From: Cyanophora paradoxa CCMP329 | Lineage: Eukaryota > Plantae > Glaucophyta | Direction of reading: 5' to 3' | NCBI GenBank assembly: GCA_004431415.1 | Contig: QPMI01000039.1 | Coordinates: 248,001-312,000 of the forward strand | DNA: 64,000 nt | Shown: positions 11,632-22,962 of the stretch, piece after piece | How positions within the stretch are numbered: position 1 is the stretch's first letter | How the letters are laid out: every line of letters begins with the position of its first letter | Program-made: the position numbers and the translations under genes | Notes under the pieces: model-generated | Seen by the model: only the letters and a program-made list of their open reading frames with translations | The model's database searches: none | Told to the model about the DNA's origin: nothing

Positions 11632-12496
11632 CAAAAAATTAACTACCGAGATTCGCAGGCGCAGCCAAGGCAGCTTGTCTGACGACAATTCGACTAGAGG
11701 TTCACCTTGCGAAGGCCCGCAGCATCAACAATTAGGACAGTGTGCAGGAGAGCGCGAACCTGGACGTAAATCTTGTTGTTTGCATCGTAAGCGGCAGGAT
11801 TCATGATATTCAGGAAGCAGCTGCTGCTGTTGGTGAGATCCACGAAACCAGTTTGAGCTGCATTTCGGATCGATTTATCCCCACTAATGCAAAATGGCAA
11901 TCCACTCAGAACATATCTGTTAAGAGGCGCGTCGAGATTCGAGCACTTGAACACATCAGCAATGAGCTCAGCACCTTGCAAGAGTGGCACAGGCTCGTTA
12001 GAATAAAGTCGCTGGCCATTCAATTCGCAGGAAATAGTTATGTCACGAGCATTGGCCTCAGTTTTAAGGACACTGTGTTTTCCATCAGTTTGGTTCATAT
12101 TTGTCTGCTTGCGAATGCTAACAAAAAGGCCATAGCAGAGCCCACTGATCTGCGACAGATTAATCCGGGTAGGTGCACCAGCCCCTGCATAGGTGATCGA
12201 GTCAGCATCAACCCAGCCAACCTCAGTGGCAGGAATGGCGATTCCAGACGATTTGACTTTTTCAATAACCTGTGCAAAAGTAGCCTCATCAACGTTGATG
12301 CAGTGAGCTATAATCTTTGGATTCGATAGCTCGGGATTGGCAGGAGTGACAGTGAGGACATTGGGGGTTATATTCTGGCCAATGTTTGCAGGGGATGCAG
12401 CGGCAGCTCCTACGCTCCCGAGTCCATCATCTTTAGAGGCATCACCGTTTGCGGCATATTCTGCTACAAACCTACCACCATAGCTGGTCTCAACGA

Positions 12497-14406
12497 GAGT
12501 GACGGGGGGGTACGGAAAATTTGCGGACAGCGCGACGATTACGGCAGCGCGGCGGGCCAGGCTTCCCACCCGTGGGTGCCTGATAACGCCGTGTGTCAAG
12601 CTGCTCGGAAAGTCGCGCGCCAGCTCCACCCGACCCCCGTAGACCGACAACGCTAGCCAGCCCAGCCGAGCGCGAGCCGACAGCCGACGCGGGCACCTTA
12701 CCATCCAGCATCACTGCCGAAGCCGACAGCCCGCCCCCGGAGCGACGTGGAGCCCCGCCGACCTCGCCATGACGCCGACGCTTTTTGAATATCAAGGACC
12801 TTGCCCGCGCCCCGCGCGGGACATACGGATAGCGCGCTGCCACCCTAGATCTTCCGCATAACGTCGCAGTCCTAAAGCGTTGAGCGACCACCTCGACTTC
12901 GCCCGAGCTCCCGCCATCGCCGCCCGGCCACCCACACGCCGCCCGCCGCATAGCCGATGCCCGATGACCGCCAGCTCTCTAAGATGACGCACCCGCCGTC
13001 GACGTCGCGCGCCGCCGCCACTAGTACTGTCCCTCGAATGCCGCCGTCATGCTGCAGGCGCCGCGCGCGCCGCCCCATCCTTACAGAACGTGCTCGCGCG
13101 CCTGCAGATCTCGACCTGCATCTTGACCTCTCTCCTCCGCCTCGAGCTCGCCGCGCGACGGGGCCGTCGGCGCCGTCCGATGTACAACTACGGCGGGGTG
13201 CGCCCACGCCCAACTCCCTAGCGCCCCGCGCCGGTCCCCCCCCGCCCAGAGCCCAGGCCCCGCGGGCCCACGCCCCCGCCCCCTCTCCCCCGGCCTGGGC
13301 CCAAAGGGCGCCCACCCGGACTCCTCCTCCCCGAGGCCGGTACAGAGACGTGTACGCTCGGTCCCCCCCCCGGAGCCAGACGAGGCTCGCCCGGACCCGG
13401 CCTCCAAGCCGGCCCCTGCCGCCGGTGCCAGCGCCCCGCCCCCGCCCCCCGGCTCCAGCGCCCCGCCCCGCCCTCCGGCTCCAGCGCCCCGCCCCCGCCA
13501 TCCGGCTCCAGCGCCCCGCCCCTGCCCTCCGGCTCCAGCGTCCCGCCCCGCCCTCCGGCTCCAGCGCTCCGCCCCCGCCCCCCGGCTCCAGCGCCCCGCC
13601 CCGCCCTCCGGCTCCAGCGCCCCGCCCCTACCCTCCGGCTCCAGTGCCCCGCCCCCGCCCCCCGGCTCCAGCGCCCCGCCCCCGCCCTCCGGCTCCAGCG
13701 CTCCGCCCCCGCCCCCCGGCTCCAGCGCCCCGCCCCGCCCTCCGGCTCCAGCGCCCCGCCCCCGCCCTCCGGCTCCAGTGCCCCGCCCCCGCCCTCCGGC
13801 TTCAGCGCCCCGCCCCCCCCCCTCCGGCTCCAGCGCCCCGTCCCCACCCTCTCCAGCGCCCCGTCCCCACCCTCTCCAGCGCCCGTCCCCACCCTCTCCA
13901 GCGCCCGCCCCCGCCCTCCGCCCCCCCCCAGCGCCCCGCTCCCGCCGCCCCCAGCGCCCTGCCCCCGCCGCCCTCCAGCGCCCTGCCCCGACCCTCAGCG
14001 CCCCGCCCCGCTCCCGGCCCGTCACCCTCCCGCCCGCCCCGCCCCGCCCGCCCCCAGCTCCCCGACCCCAGCGCCTCACCCCCGCCATGTACCCCACTCC
14101 CTGCCCAGCGCTCCGCGTACTCCGTGTCCCCCTCCCTACGCCTCGCCCCCCGCCAACCCCCAGCACCCCGTGCGCCTCGCCTTCCCCCTCCCCTCCTTTT
14201 CCACAGGACCAAGGACACCAACGCATCAGGCCCTCCTCAAGCCGCAGATCGATAGCTCACAGCTAGGATAAGATAGCAGGACGTCTTCCCTCTATGCCGC
14301 AGAGCCTCAGAGCTAGCCTAGGCGCCCCCCCAGTCGATGAAAGCGACGGGGCGGCTGTTGTTGTCCTTAATACGAACATTGCCCGGTTGGGCTTTTGCAA
14401 AAAAAA
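12497..14406 (+). mobile_element. Non-autonomous non-LTR retroposon (SINE/VNTR-like or deleted LINE), ~1.9 kb
   Basis: 15-bp TSD AGCTGGTCTCAACGA (12482-12496 and 14407-14421); 3' A-tract at 14399-14407; much higher GC than its flanks; no RT ORF. Confidence 0.85.
13420..13990 (+). repeat. C-rich minisatellite, ~17-23-bp unit CCGGCTCCAGCGCCCCGCCCC(GCCCT)
   Basis: About 18 clear tandem units followed by degenerate ones inside the retroposon. Confidence 0.9.
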
Positions 14407-15051
14407 AGCTGGTCTCAACGAAGCCCTGGGCACGGTCACGGAACCAAACCTCCACAGACACCTCGCCTGATAGCGCACCAATTGGAAGCACTGAGCCCTC
14501 CCAGGGGCAGGGGATCTTTACACTGAAAATACCTCCAGCGCGATTGCTCCCCTGAGGTGGTGTTCCATGGAGCCAGCCACCGGATCGGTACTTCTTTTTG
14601 AGCTGAGCATCATCATTGAAAATCAGAGCGCTGTGAACAAGCCAGTCCTCGGGGACAATGTAGCTGTAGGAAGCATATTTGATTTCGATTCGCTTTACAA
14701 GAGCACCAACCGATCGCAAATAACCAGTGCGAACCAGGTCAGTGTCACCAGTAAATGCAGTCAACTCTGGAAGGGTGAACTGCAGTTCGAGCCCCTGAAG
14801 GAAATTGTACCGGGGCAGGAAATAAGTAACCCTCTTTCCGAAGCAGTCTCCATAGTCATTGCTTGGGTTGACAACAACACGCACAGGCTTTGTTTGGCTG
14901 GTTAGACCTAACATAAGCTCATTGTTCATGAAAAAGTCCTTAGCTTCCTGCGGAGTTGTCAGGAGCTCCTTGAGGCCGAGCCGCTGCAAATTTTGAGTAA
15001 CATCCATCGATTTATATAATTGCAGTGAAAGAAAATAATTTGGAGCTTAGC

Positions 15052-16007
15052 TCAGTTTGACGAATTGATCCAAGGATATGTCTTCGATCTTTTCTGGAGC
15101 TGAAGCTTTGCGAGCTCGTAGACAACATCACCATTGGGTTCGTCTGGACCATAACGAATTTCGAGAATAAATGACACAGGAGCTCCATTTAAATCAGCGA
15201 TTCGCTGCATAAAATCGTAAATCTCAATAGTCACAGAGTAGAGGTCCAGCTTTGAATAAACATACTTGTACAAAGGAGTTGCTTCAGTTGAATCAAAGTA
15301 TGCTATCTCGCCTGGACGAAGGCTGTTTGGAATGCTAATTTTGGCAAAGAAGCCAGGTATTGAAGTATTGGGCATACTGACAAGGTCACCAATTTCAGGA
15401 ATGCGTAGGAGCACATGATCATCGGAGTGACATCAGGCTCATAAGCGCCTGCTATATATTCAGTATTTATAGATAATGTCTTTGACCGAATCGGTAGAAT
15501 TGATCGCAGCCCTAGAAGCTTTGCAGTTCGCTGAGCCCTTGCAACGGCCTGGTAGTTTCTGACTTCCCGCCCACCCTGGTTCGTTGGCAACATCAGAGCA
15601 ATAAAGAACTCGAAGTTAGCTGTGAACCCTATTAATTTGATCGCTGAATTATACGTGCACGTGATACCTGTTCCCGTCAACCTTTCGTTTATCTCTGTCA
15701 CAAGCGAGGTGACGTCGTAATTTCCAGGTGGAATTGCAATGTTATTCCAGGCTCCAAAGCCGGCCTGAGGTGGGTCGGGTCCTTCATTAGTAGGATCATA
15801 TTTGCACCAATATATGTAGGTGTCAAAGACCAAATCCTCTGCTGGATCGAGTACATCAATTGTGCTCATTGTGTTGGGGATCTCAGCTGATACCAAGCGC
15901 ACGGCTTTCACATCCTGATAAACTTTAGGCAGTCTTACTTTAAATTTCGAGGTGGATGTCAGCTCCTCCGCTTGGTGACTTGCAATGCAGACGTAGTCCG
16001 TAGGCAT
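15052..16007 (-). CDS. Minor capsid (penton-like single jelly-roll) protein 1; apparent 1-bp frameshift at ~15424
   Basis: FKVRLPKVYQDVKAVRLVSAEIPNT, IPPGNY, LLRIPE..FFAKI..DLNGAPVSFILEI pattern; restoring one C joins the two ORFs (~318 aa); adjacent to the MCP gene. Confidence 0.78.
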
Positions 16008-16034
16008 CTTTTTTATATCAGTTAGAGAATAAAA

Positions 16035-16709
16035 ATGCGACTTACCTTTGACAGCAGAGACAGAAGGCCAATCGATTCCGAGGCAAACTTTGTGCTCGAA
16101 ATCAATGAACCTATAATCAATCCAGTTGCTGTTCGACTTACCCAGTGTGAGTTCGCGAACAGCCTTTACACCAGCATTAAAGATGAGTATCTTTCGATCA
16201 CCTTTCCCTACATTGGGACAGAAAATCTGGCGGTTTTTGAGCCTGGCATAATTACTACTGCAAATCTGGGCGAAACAGATATGTATAACTTTGGCCTATC
16301 GTTTAAATTTGAAGTAGAAGGGATCGTAATTGCTTATTTCAAATTGTTTCGGGACCCAGAGACACTGAAGATGTCTGCCTATTGCAACCGTTCCTGCACA
16401 CTGACCTGCCAGTTCAAAGCTCTATCAAATCTGCTCGGGCTGAACCGAAATGAGCCCCTCCAGCTGTCTCCTATTGTGCTTGAAGGGCCACAAAGACCAG
16501 TTACTGCCGCTGAGCGGTATCTGGAGGTAGCTGGCATTCCAGTAACACCTGCACACCCTGAGTACGGCATCGATTTCACCGAAAGAATGCGGAGTGAGCC
16601 ACTTGGTTATGCTGTCGAATTTCCAAAGATAATCGACATGAACAGCGACCAGTACCTCTTCCTTGTCTGCGAAGAGCTACGGCCATTTGCTTCAAAGCTT
16701 CACACATAA
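16035..16709 (+). pseudogene. Minor capsid (penton-like) protein 2, 3'-truncated by the AT-rich element
   Basis: FDSRDR..NFVL..NPVAVRL..EFANSLY and QYLFLVCEEL; the last codons (HT-stop) come from the junction and insert terminus; lacks the C-terminal strands seen in penton 1. Confidence 0.72.
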
Positions 16710-16786
16710 AGAAATACAAATTTAAATCCCTCCGCTTCGCGCTTCGCGCTTCGCTCCTGGATTTAAATTTGTATTTCTTTATGTGT
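16702..16786. other. Terminal hairpin: perfect 28-bp stem and 29-nt loop containing (GCTTCGC)x3
   Basis: ACACATAAAGAAATACAAATTTAAATCC (16702-16729) pairs with 16759-16786. Confidence 0.93.
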
Positions 16787-17204
16787 AAATTAATCGAAAA
16801 TATTTAAAAAATAAATCAAAATTTTTAATAAAATCATTTAAATTTAAATAAATTCGATTAAATTAATTGGTATAATATCAATTAAATTATGATTTTATGA
16901 AATTTATATAAATGTTTGATAAATTACGTATTTCTCAATTGATTCAATGATATAAACGCGATTAATTTGTATTTAAATGTAAAATACGTATTTTGCGATT
17001 GATATAAACGCGATTAATATGTATTTTATGTAAAATCGATATAATCTCGATTGAAGGAACATAAATTTGTGATATAATCACGATTGAAGTAATCCACCGC
17101 CCATTCGATATAATCTCAATTGAAGGAACATGATTTTTGCGATATAATCATGATTGAAGCAATCCACCGCCCATTCTATCGTAAAACGCAAAAATTCACA
17201 CAGA

Positions 17205-18580
17205 GTTGCATTATGTCCAATTAAACAATCGTTGAGATTGCTGCGTATTTTGTAGGAAAGATCGTTACTGCATTATGTCCAATTAAACAATCGATGAGAT
17301 TGCAGCGTATTTTGTAGGAAAGATCGTTACTGCATCACGTCCAATTAAACAATCGTTGAGATTGCAGCGTATTTTGTAGGAAAGATCGTTACTGCATCAC
17401 GTCCAATTAAACAATCGATGAGATTGCAGCGTATTTTGTAGGAAAGATCGTTACTGCATCACGTCCAATTAAACAATCGATGAGATTGCAGCGTATTTTG
17501 TAGGAAAGATCGTTACTGCATCACGTCCAATTAAACAATCGTTGAGATTGCAGCGTATTTTGTAGGAAAGATCGTTACTGCATTATGTCCAATTAAACAA
17601 TCGATGAGATTGCAGCGTATTTTGTAGGAAAGATCGTTACTGCATCACGTCCAATTAAACAATCGTTGAGATTGCAGCGTATTTTGTAGGAAAGATCGTT
17701 ACTGCATTATGTCCAATTAAACAATCGATGAGATTGCAGCGTATTTTGTAGGAAAGATCGTTACTGCATCACGTCCAATTAAACAATCGTTGAGATTGCA
17801 GCGTATTTTGTAGGAAAGATCGTTACTGCATTATGTCCAATTAAACAATCGTTGAGATATCGGTTGAAAATAATTCACTCGTTACTGCATTATGTCCAAT
17901 TAAACAATCGATGAGATTGCTGTGTATTTTGTAGGAGAGATCGTTACTGCATTATGTCCAATTAAACAATCGATGAGATTGCTGTGTATTTTGTAGGAGA
18001 GATCGTTACTGCATTCTGTCCAATTAAACAATCGATGAGATTGCTGTGTGTTTTGTAGGAGAGATCGTTACTGCATTCTGTCCAATTAAACAATCGATGA
18101 GATATGGTTGAGATTTTTACTGTATCAAAAATGACCTCAGAGTTGCATTACGTCCAATTAAACAATTGATAAAATGGGATTCTGTTTTTTACTGTTATAA
18201 AATTGTATCTGTGGTGCATTACGTCCAATTAAACAATTGATAAAATGGGATTCTGTTTTTTACTGTTATAAAATTGTATCTGTGGTGCATCACGTCCAAT
18301 TAAATAATCGTTGAGATTGCTGTGATAAAAATAATGAAAAAGGGACACTGAGTTGCATTGCGTCCGATTAAACAATTGATAAAATGGGATTCTGTTTTTT
18401 ACTGTTATAAAATTGTATCTGTGGTGCATCACGTCCAATTAAATAATCGTTGAGATTGCTGTGATAAAAATAATGAAAAAGGGACACTGAGTTGCATTGC
18501 GTCCGATTAAACAATTGATAAAATGGGATTCTGTTTTTTACTGTTATAAAATTGTATCTGTGCTGCATTATGTCCGATTG
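17205..18580 (+). repeat. Subterminal tandem array: ~15 units of 62 bp, then degenerate ~70-bp units
   Basis: Core TGCATYAYGTCCAATTAAACAATCGWTGAGAT recurs every 62 nt (CCAAT at 17217, 17279, 17341...). Confidence 0.95.
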
Positions 18581-18591
18581 AGACACACCAT

Positions 18592-19071
18592 TTACCGTCT
18601 CATATTACGACGTCTACGTATTTCAACTTCTGAGAATGTCTTAAAAATCTTGCATAATTCATTTTCGTGATCTGTGACATACCACATTCGATAACGTGGC
18701 TCGTATTTAGCGCCTTGCTTCTTCATGTATTTCCGTAAAGATGATTGCAAGAAAATACGTTTTTGTTCGAATTCGGGTAATCTCAGTTTGATATCACCAA
18801 CAAAGTATCGACGACGTACGATGTCGTAATAATTCGGCTCGAAAACCGTAGGGTCTATCGTCGCAAACTCTTTTAAGAGACGATGGTATTTATCCTCGAC
18901 ATAATAATGTTTCACATCGTATGCCCATTTCGCACCGTATCGCTCGATCTTATGCGCGTATTCCTCTGGATCTCCGATATCTAAGACATAAACACCGTAA
19001 TAATCCTTCGGTTCTGTGGTTGATCCACCGTAATACACAAATGGCTCCATTTCTGGTCTTTTTATTATCAT
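18592..19071 (-). CDS. Protein with two DUF5710-like repeats
   Basis: YGAKWAYDVKHYYV and QGAKYEPRYRMWYV; identical copy at 45840-46319. Confidence 0.65.
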   Translation of the reverse strand: MIIKRPEMEPFVYYGGSTTEPKDYYGVYVLDIGDPEEYAHKIERYGAKWAYDVKHYYVEDKYHRLLKEFATIDPTVFEPNYYDIVRRRYFVGDIKLRLPEFEQKRIFLQSSLRKYMKKQGAKYEPRYRMWYVTDHENELCKIFKTFSEVEIRRRRNMRR

Positions 19072-19137
19072 AGATGTTTTCCCTTTAAGTAGTTTTGAAG
19101 GTTTTGAAGAAATTCACCACCCACTGATTGGTTAATA

Positions 19138-19641
19138 TTATTTACTGTTTGGTTTGCATTTGTGATGAATGTATGAAGACTTCGTTTTGTCATAGTATGC
19201 GCATTTCTTACATAGGAACTCAAAGCATTCGTAGCAGTCAGGTGGTGCATTTTGGATATAATACTTTGTTAAGAAATCGGGATGACCACATGTGATACAG
19301 TGTCTATCGTCGAGAATCTCGAAATTGTCAATATCTTGATGATCAGATCTATGAGTATTTCCTATTTTTAATCCTTTTTCTTTGAACATCTTGTAATATC
19401 CTGATGGACGATACTTATTACGTTTATGAATTAATTCATCGAGTCTATTGGAAAGAAAGCATTTATGTAGCATATCCTTAGTTATTCCTTGATATTCATG
19501 AAGACACTTATAGACACCAAAGATTATCGAAATCTCTTCATCTGTTATATTGTCTCCGAAATAATCCACATAAACTGTTTCTGCATTTGGTAGTAAGTCC
19601 ATGTTTGAACAGAGGATATCTACGGATCTCTGGTTATTCAT
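19138..19641 (-). CDS. Hypothetical protein with C-terminal Cys/His zinc finger
   Basis: CITC..CYEC..LCKKC..HHKC; copy at 45270-45773. Confidence 0.7.
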   Translation of the reverse strand: MNNQRSVDILCSNMDLLPNAETVYVDYFGDNITDEEISIIFGVYKCLHEYQGITKDMLHKCFLSNRLDELIHKRNKYRPSGYYKMFKEKGLKIGNTHRSDHQDIDNFEILDDRHCITCGHPDFLTKYYIQNAPPDCYECFEFLCKKCAYYDKTKSSYIHHKCKPNSK

Positions 19642-19762
19642 CGTTTTTACAGATTGATATGCAGAACGTCTTAAATATTGTCATTTTTGAATTGCATGAT
19701 GGAAATGGTTTGGGTTCTCGATATTTGATCATAGATTTGTATAGGGTATATACCGATAAATA

Positions 19763-20046
19763 AAGGTTACAAAAAGGTTGAAGATGGGTTACTTTGAGTG
19801 TTTTTGGATGATAAGACCATTTCCAGAGTTGAAAAAGGTGGATTATTGCTATTTTGTTACTGCAATTTGAGGTTACTTTACTTTTCAGATTCTTTCTGAG
19901 AGAACCCTGGGGGTCTTTTTTATAGGTGAAGGTATAAAACTTGCGTAACCTCGTGACTTTCGTATCCTGATAGAGTTTATGGTCTCTTTTTTGTATTTTT
20001 TAAGGTAACTTTTATTTTTTTCATTCGTAACATCTGTAACCTTCTT
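19763..20046. repeat. GTTAC/GTAAC iteron-like module A (copies at ~24525-24810 and ~44865-45147)
   Basis: ~170-bp core shared with modules B and C; GTTAC repeats on one side and GTAAC on the other. Confidence 0.75.
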
Positions 20047-20256
20047 ATAAATACAATTATATATCTTCATTTATTTTATTGTTAATCATACTCGTCTTCA
20101 AAATGTGGAATCCAGAGAATCGTATATGAGATTTTCAATATATTACATGGTATGATTTTCTCTATTGTAGTTTAATTAGAGGTCGAATAATCATTACAAA
20201 ACCATGATTTGTCAAAAATGGGTTTTTTGAAAAATAACACATTGATTATGATTTGT

Positions 20257-21332
20257 CTATTTGTGGCTTTTTTTCATTAAACCGAGAAATTCTGTGATAG
20301 TTTCGCCTTGATACTGTCTTTTAATTAACTCAATCTTGAAAATCTTCCTGATCAAATATGCGATATCCCGTTTTTCGACATGGTCGCTTAGGTGATCATT
20401 CTTAATGTAATTCAGCCAATCATTGAAAACTTCATGACAATAAAGTTTATCATCTGGTTTTCCTGACAATGTGTATCGTTTGTTGATAAAATCACACACG
20501 ATTGTTTCGGTGTCTCTATCTAAACGAAATTTAACTTTTGAATAACCACGCTCGTAAGTTCTTGTTTTTCCCTTCCTTACAGCGTTTCTCGTATAAGTAG
20601 CACCTAACGACATCATAATGCTTTTAATCTGGTTAGAGGACATAACCAAACCACGATCTCTGCAATACTCAATAACCTCTCTCGATGTTAAAACATCCGA
20701 GAATCCCATGTGAAATCAAACAAGGTTTTGAACTTTGAGCTATCATCACCTGTTGGTTCATCATCTTCAACTGTGATATCTCCTTGTGATTTAACGAGAC
20801 CTTTGAAAACATAGAGCATCTCATCGTAAAACATCTGAGAAGTTGGATTTAAGCCATTGAATACTTGACGAACTCGATAGAGAATATCGGACTCATCGAG
20901 ATTATTCATTTTCTTTGTTTCCTTTAACATTGCGAAAACATCATCAAGTAGCATATATTGAGGAGTGTATTTGCTCGAATCTCCGGTTAAAACATAGTTG
21001 TTTTCGAGGTATTCATCTATAATCTCATTCCAGTTGATATCCTCCTCATCAGTTCCCTCATTCAGATGCTGTTTGATCAATTGACGAATTCTCCCTTTTG
21101 CTGATCGCAACGAATCCAATTTATAGTATTCGCCTTCAAAACTCTCGAACTCTTTCTTACATAACTTCTCGATTAAGCGCGGATTGCTACAATAGATCCA
21201 CTCATAAATGGAAAAGTTGGGTAAAGCTCGTGAGTATTGAGAAATGAGATTACTTACCGAAACAGTTGAGACACCAATTTTATACTTATTAATCGCTTGA
21301 AATTCCGGAACTGATCCAATGTAAATCGCCAT
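20257..21332 (-). CDS. T5orf172 (GIY-YIG-like) domain plus three D5-C-terminal-like winged-helix repeats (copy 1, 1-bp frameshift at ~20697)
   Basis: IYIG...YKIGVS...IEKLCK; intact 358-aa copies at 25021 and 43576. Confidence 0.75.
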
Positions 21333-21421
21333 TATGTCGCTTACTTATATATGTGACTTGTCTTATCTTTAAGTGGTTTTCTTTGGGAAATGATCTCAAA
21401 CACACTTCACAGTGTCTCTTT

Positions 21422-21727
21422 TTAGAGTATTAAATTCCCTTCTTTATCGTATTGATCATTTAACCACGTCTTTATAATGAGTTCTATACATGATCGTGCG
21501 GCTTCCAATGACTCAAAAATAAAGAAATCGCCTTCATGCTCATAAAGATCGCATAGATGCTTCTTTACTAAACGTGGGTTGCTACATTTGAACCACCCAT
21601 AGATTGAAAACGCCTTCGATGATTGCTTATTAATAACATCATTTACTGAATCGGTTGATGATAACCCGATCTTGTATGTCTTGTAATCAACCAACTCAGG
21701 TGTTGATCCGATATACAGAATATTCAT
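21422..21727 (-). CDS. Stand-alone T5orf172-like domain protein
   Basis: LYIGSTPE..YKIGLS..CSNPRLV; paralogous to the N-terminus of the neighbouring gene. Confidence 0.72.
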   Translation of the reverse strand: MNILYIGSTPELVDYKTYKIGLSSTDSVNDVINKQSSKAFSIYGWFKCSNPRLVKKHLCDLYEHEGDFFIFESLEAARSCIELIIKTWLNDQYDKEGNLIL

Positions 21728-21831
21728 ATTATGATTCTTTTATAATCAATGTCGCTTTCTTCTTAAATCATCGTAGAAGTATCTTATAGATTTAAGGATG
21801 AAACGTATATATATATGAAAGTGAAACTACA

Positions 21832-22155
21832 ATGCCTCGTAAATCGAATCAGCAATTGATGGCGGAACAGAGAGGTGAAGTTTATATTATGCCTTGCAAG
21901 GTGACACCTGAAATACTCCTTTTGAGACGTGAAAAGCATAGAGAATATAATCGCAAATATAACGAAAAGGTCAAACAAAAACGAATCGAAGATGGCGAGC
22001 CAACTATCACGCCTCCGAATAGAATCGCAAATAGTAGCCGATACCAAATGCAACGATACTGGGAAGACGAAGAGTTTCGCATTCGAGTTCGTGAGAGATC
22101 ACGAGAATATCAGAAAAATAAGAGAAGCACTAAATGTGTTAATGAAGAAAACTAA
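21832..22155 (+). CDS. Small basic helical protein (RKSNQ family)
   Basis: 107 aa; paralogue of 28738; copies at 26597 and 42753. Confidence 0.7.
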   Translation: MPRKSNQQLMAEQRGEVYIMPCKVTPEILLLRREKHREYNRKYNEKVKQKRIEDGEPTITPPNRIANSSRYQMQRYWEDEEFRIRVRERSREYQKNKRSTKCVNEEN

Positions 22156-22263
22156 AAGTTCGTTTTTGTATTCCATGTTTTTTTGTCTTCATGGTGTGTG
22201 AAAAGCGTGTAGCAGAAAGAAAAAAGACTTAAAAATGACGCGTTACAGGAGAGGTAGGATTCA

Positions 22264-22584
22264 ATGACGGCGTGTGCAAATTTCTCTGCTCACCTTCACG
22301 AATTGGGTGTTGATTTTACAGACCTTTACTCAGAAAAACGAGATGAGATATTGAAGAAAACATTTGAAGCACGAGCAAGGTGTGAAGGATATAAACCAAG
22401 TCAGATACCGTCTAAATTAAAACGTATACTTGAAGAGAAAGCTATCTCCTCAATGACAAAAACATTTGAGAGTTTTGACCACGATGTTAGACATAGCGGT
22501 AACCGCTTACAGTTGAAACTAAGAAAGAAGATTGACAAGCGAAACGAGGCGATAGTTCTAAGTTATCTTCTCGGTTTAATTTAG
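22264..22584 (+). CDS. Hypothetical protein (RLQxKL motif)
   Basis: 106 aa; three identical copies. Confidence 0.65.
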   Translation: MTACANFSAHLHELGVDFTDLYSEKRDEILKKTFEARARCEGYKPSQIPSKLKRILEEKAISSMTKTFESFDHDVRHSGNRLQLKLRKKIDKRNEAIVLSYLLGLI

Positions 22585-22657
22585 GATTATTTCCAAAAAA
22601 CAATAATTACGTGAATTACTGTATTACTTCTCTTTTTTAAACCTGCCTTTCAATAAC

Positions 22658-22941
22658 AGGTTACTGATGGTTGAATGATGGGTTACTTTAAGGGTTTTTG
22701 GTTGATAAGACCATTTTCAGAGTTGAAACAATCAAAAACTCTGCTATTTTGTTACTGCGAGTTGCGGTTACCTAACTTTTCAAATTCTTTCTGAGAGAAC
22801 TCCTGGGGGTCTTTTTTATAGGTGAAGGTATAAAACATGCGTAACCTCGTGACTTTCGTATCCTGATAGAGTTTATGGTCTCTTTTTTGTATTTTTTAAG
22901 GTAACTTTTCTTTTTTCATTCGTAACATCTGTAACCTTCTT
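22658..22941. repeat. Iteron-like module B (copies at ~27421-27703 and ~41969-42250)
   Basis: Shares the core AGGTGAAGGTATAAAAC...CATTCGTAACATCTGTAACCTTCTT. Confidence 0.75.
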
Positions 22942-22962
22942 CAATAATCCAACTGTTCTCTT

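Larger units (their letters stand above)
11694..15007 (-). pseudogene. Major capsid protein (probable double jelly-roll), split by a retroposon; segments 15007-14407 and 12481-11694
   Basis: Removing the insert plus one TSD copy restores a 1389-nt open frame (462 aa; ...GFVETS-YGGRF...). Beta-rich; motifs FGKRVTYFLPR, KRIEIK, VKIPCPW, LPIGAL; lies between penton-like and ATPase genes. Confidence 0.85.

Noticed and set aside
12497-14406. Spliceosomal intron in the MCP, or a real Pro-rich protein (12957-14255 and antisense ORFs)
   Set aside because: No GT...AG at the boundaries on the MCP strand; TSD and A-tail indicate retroposition; the ORFs are by-products of a stop-free GC minisatellite
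16702-16786. Rho-independent terminator or Helitron 3' hairpin
   Set aside because: Eukaryotic context, no U-tract, no CTRR end, no RepHel gene; the stem begins exactly at the junction
17205-18580. CRISPR-like array
   Set aside because: Sequences between the conserved cores are mostly identical rather than unique spacers; no cas genes; eukaryotic context
19885-20070. Small ORFs in iteron modules and arrays (also 24640, 32284, 44839, 18229, 18368, 46325, 46473)
   Set aside because: They lie in repeats whose copies differ in frame, start and length
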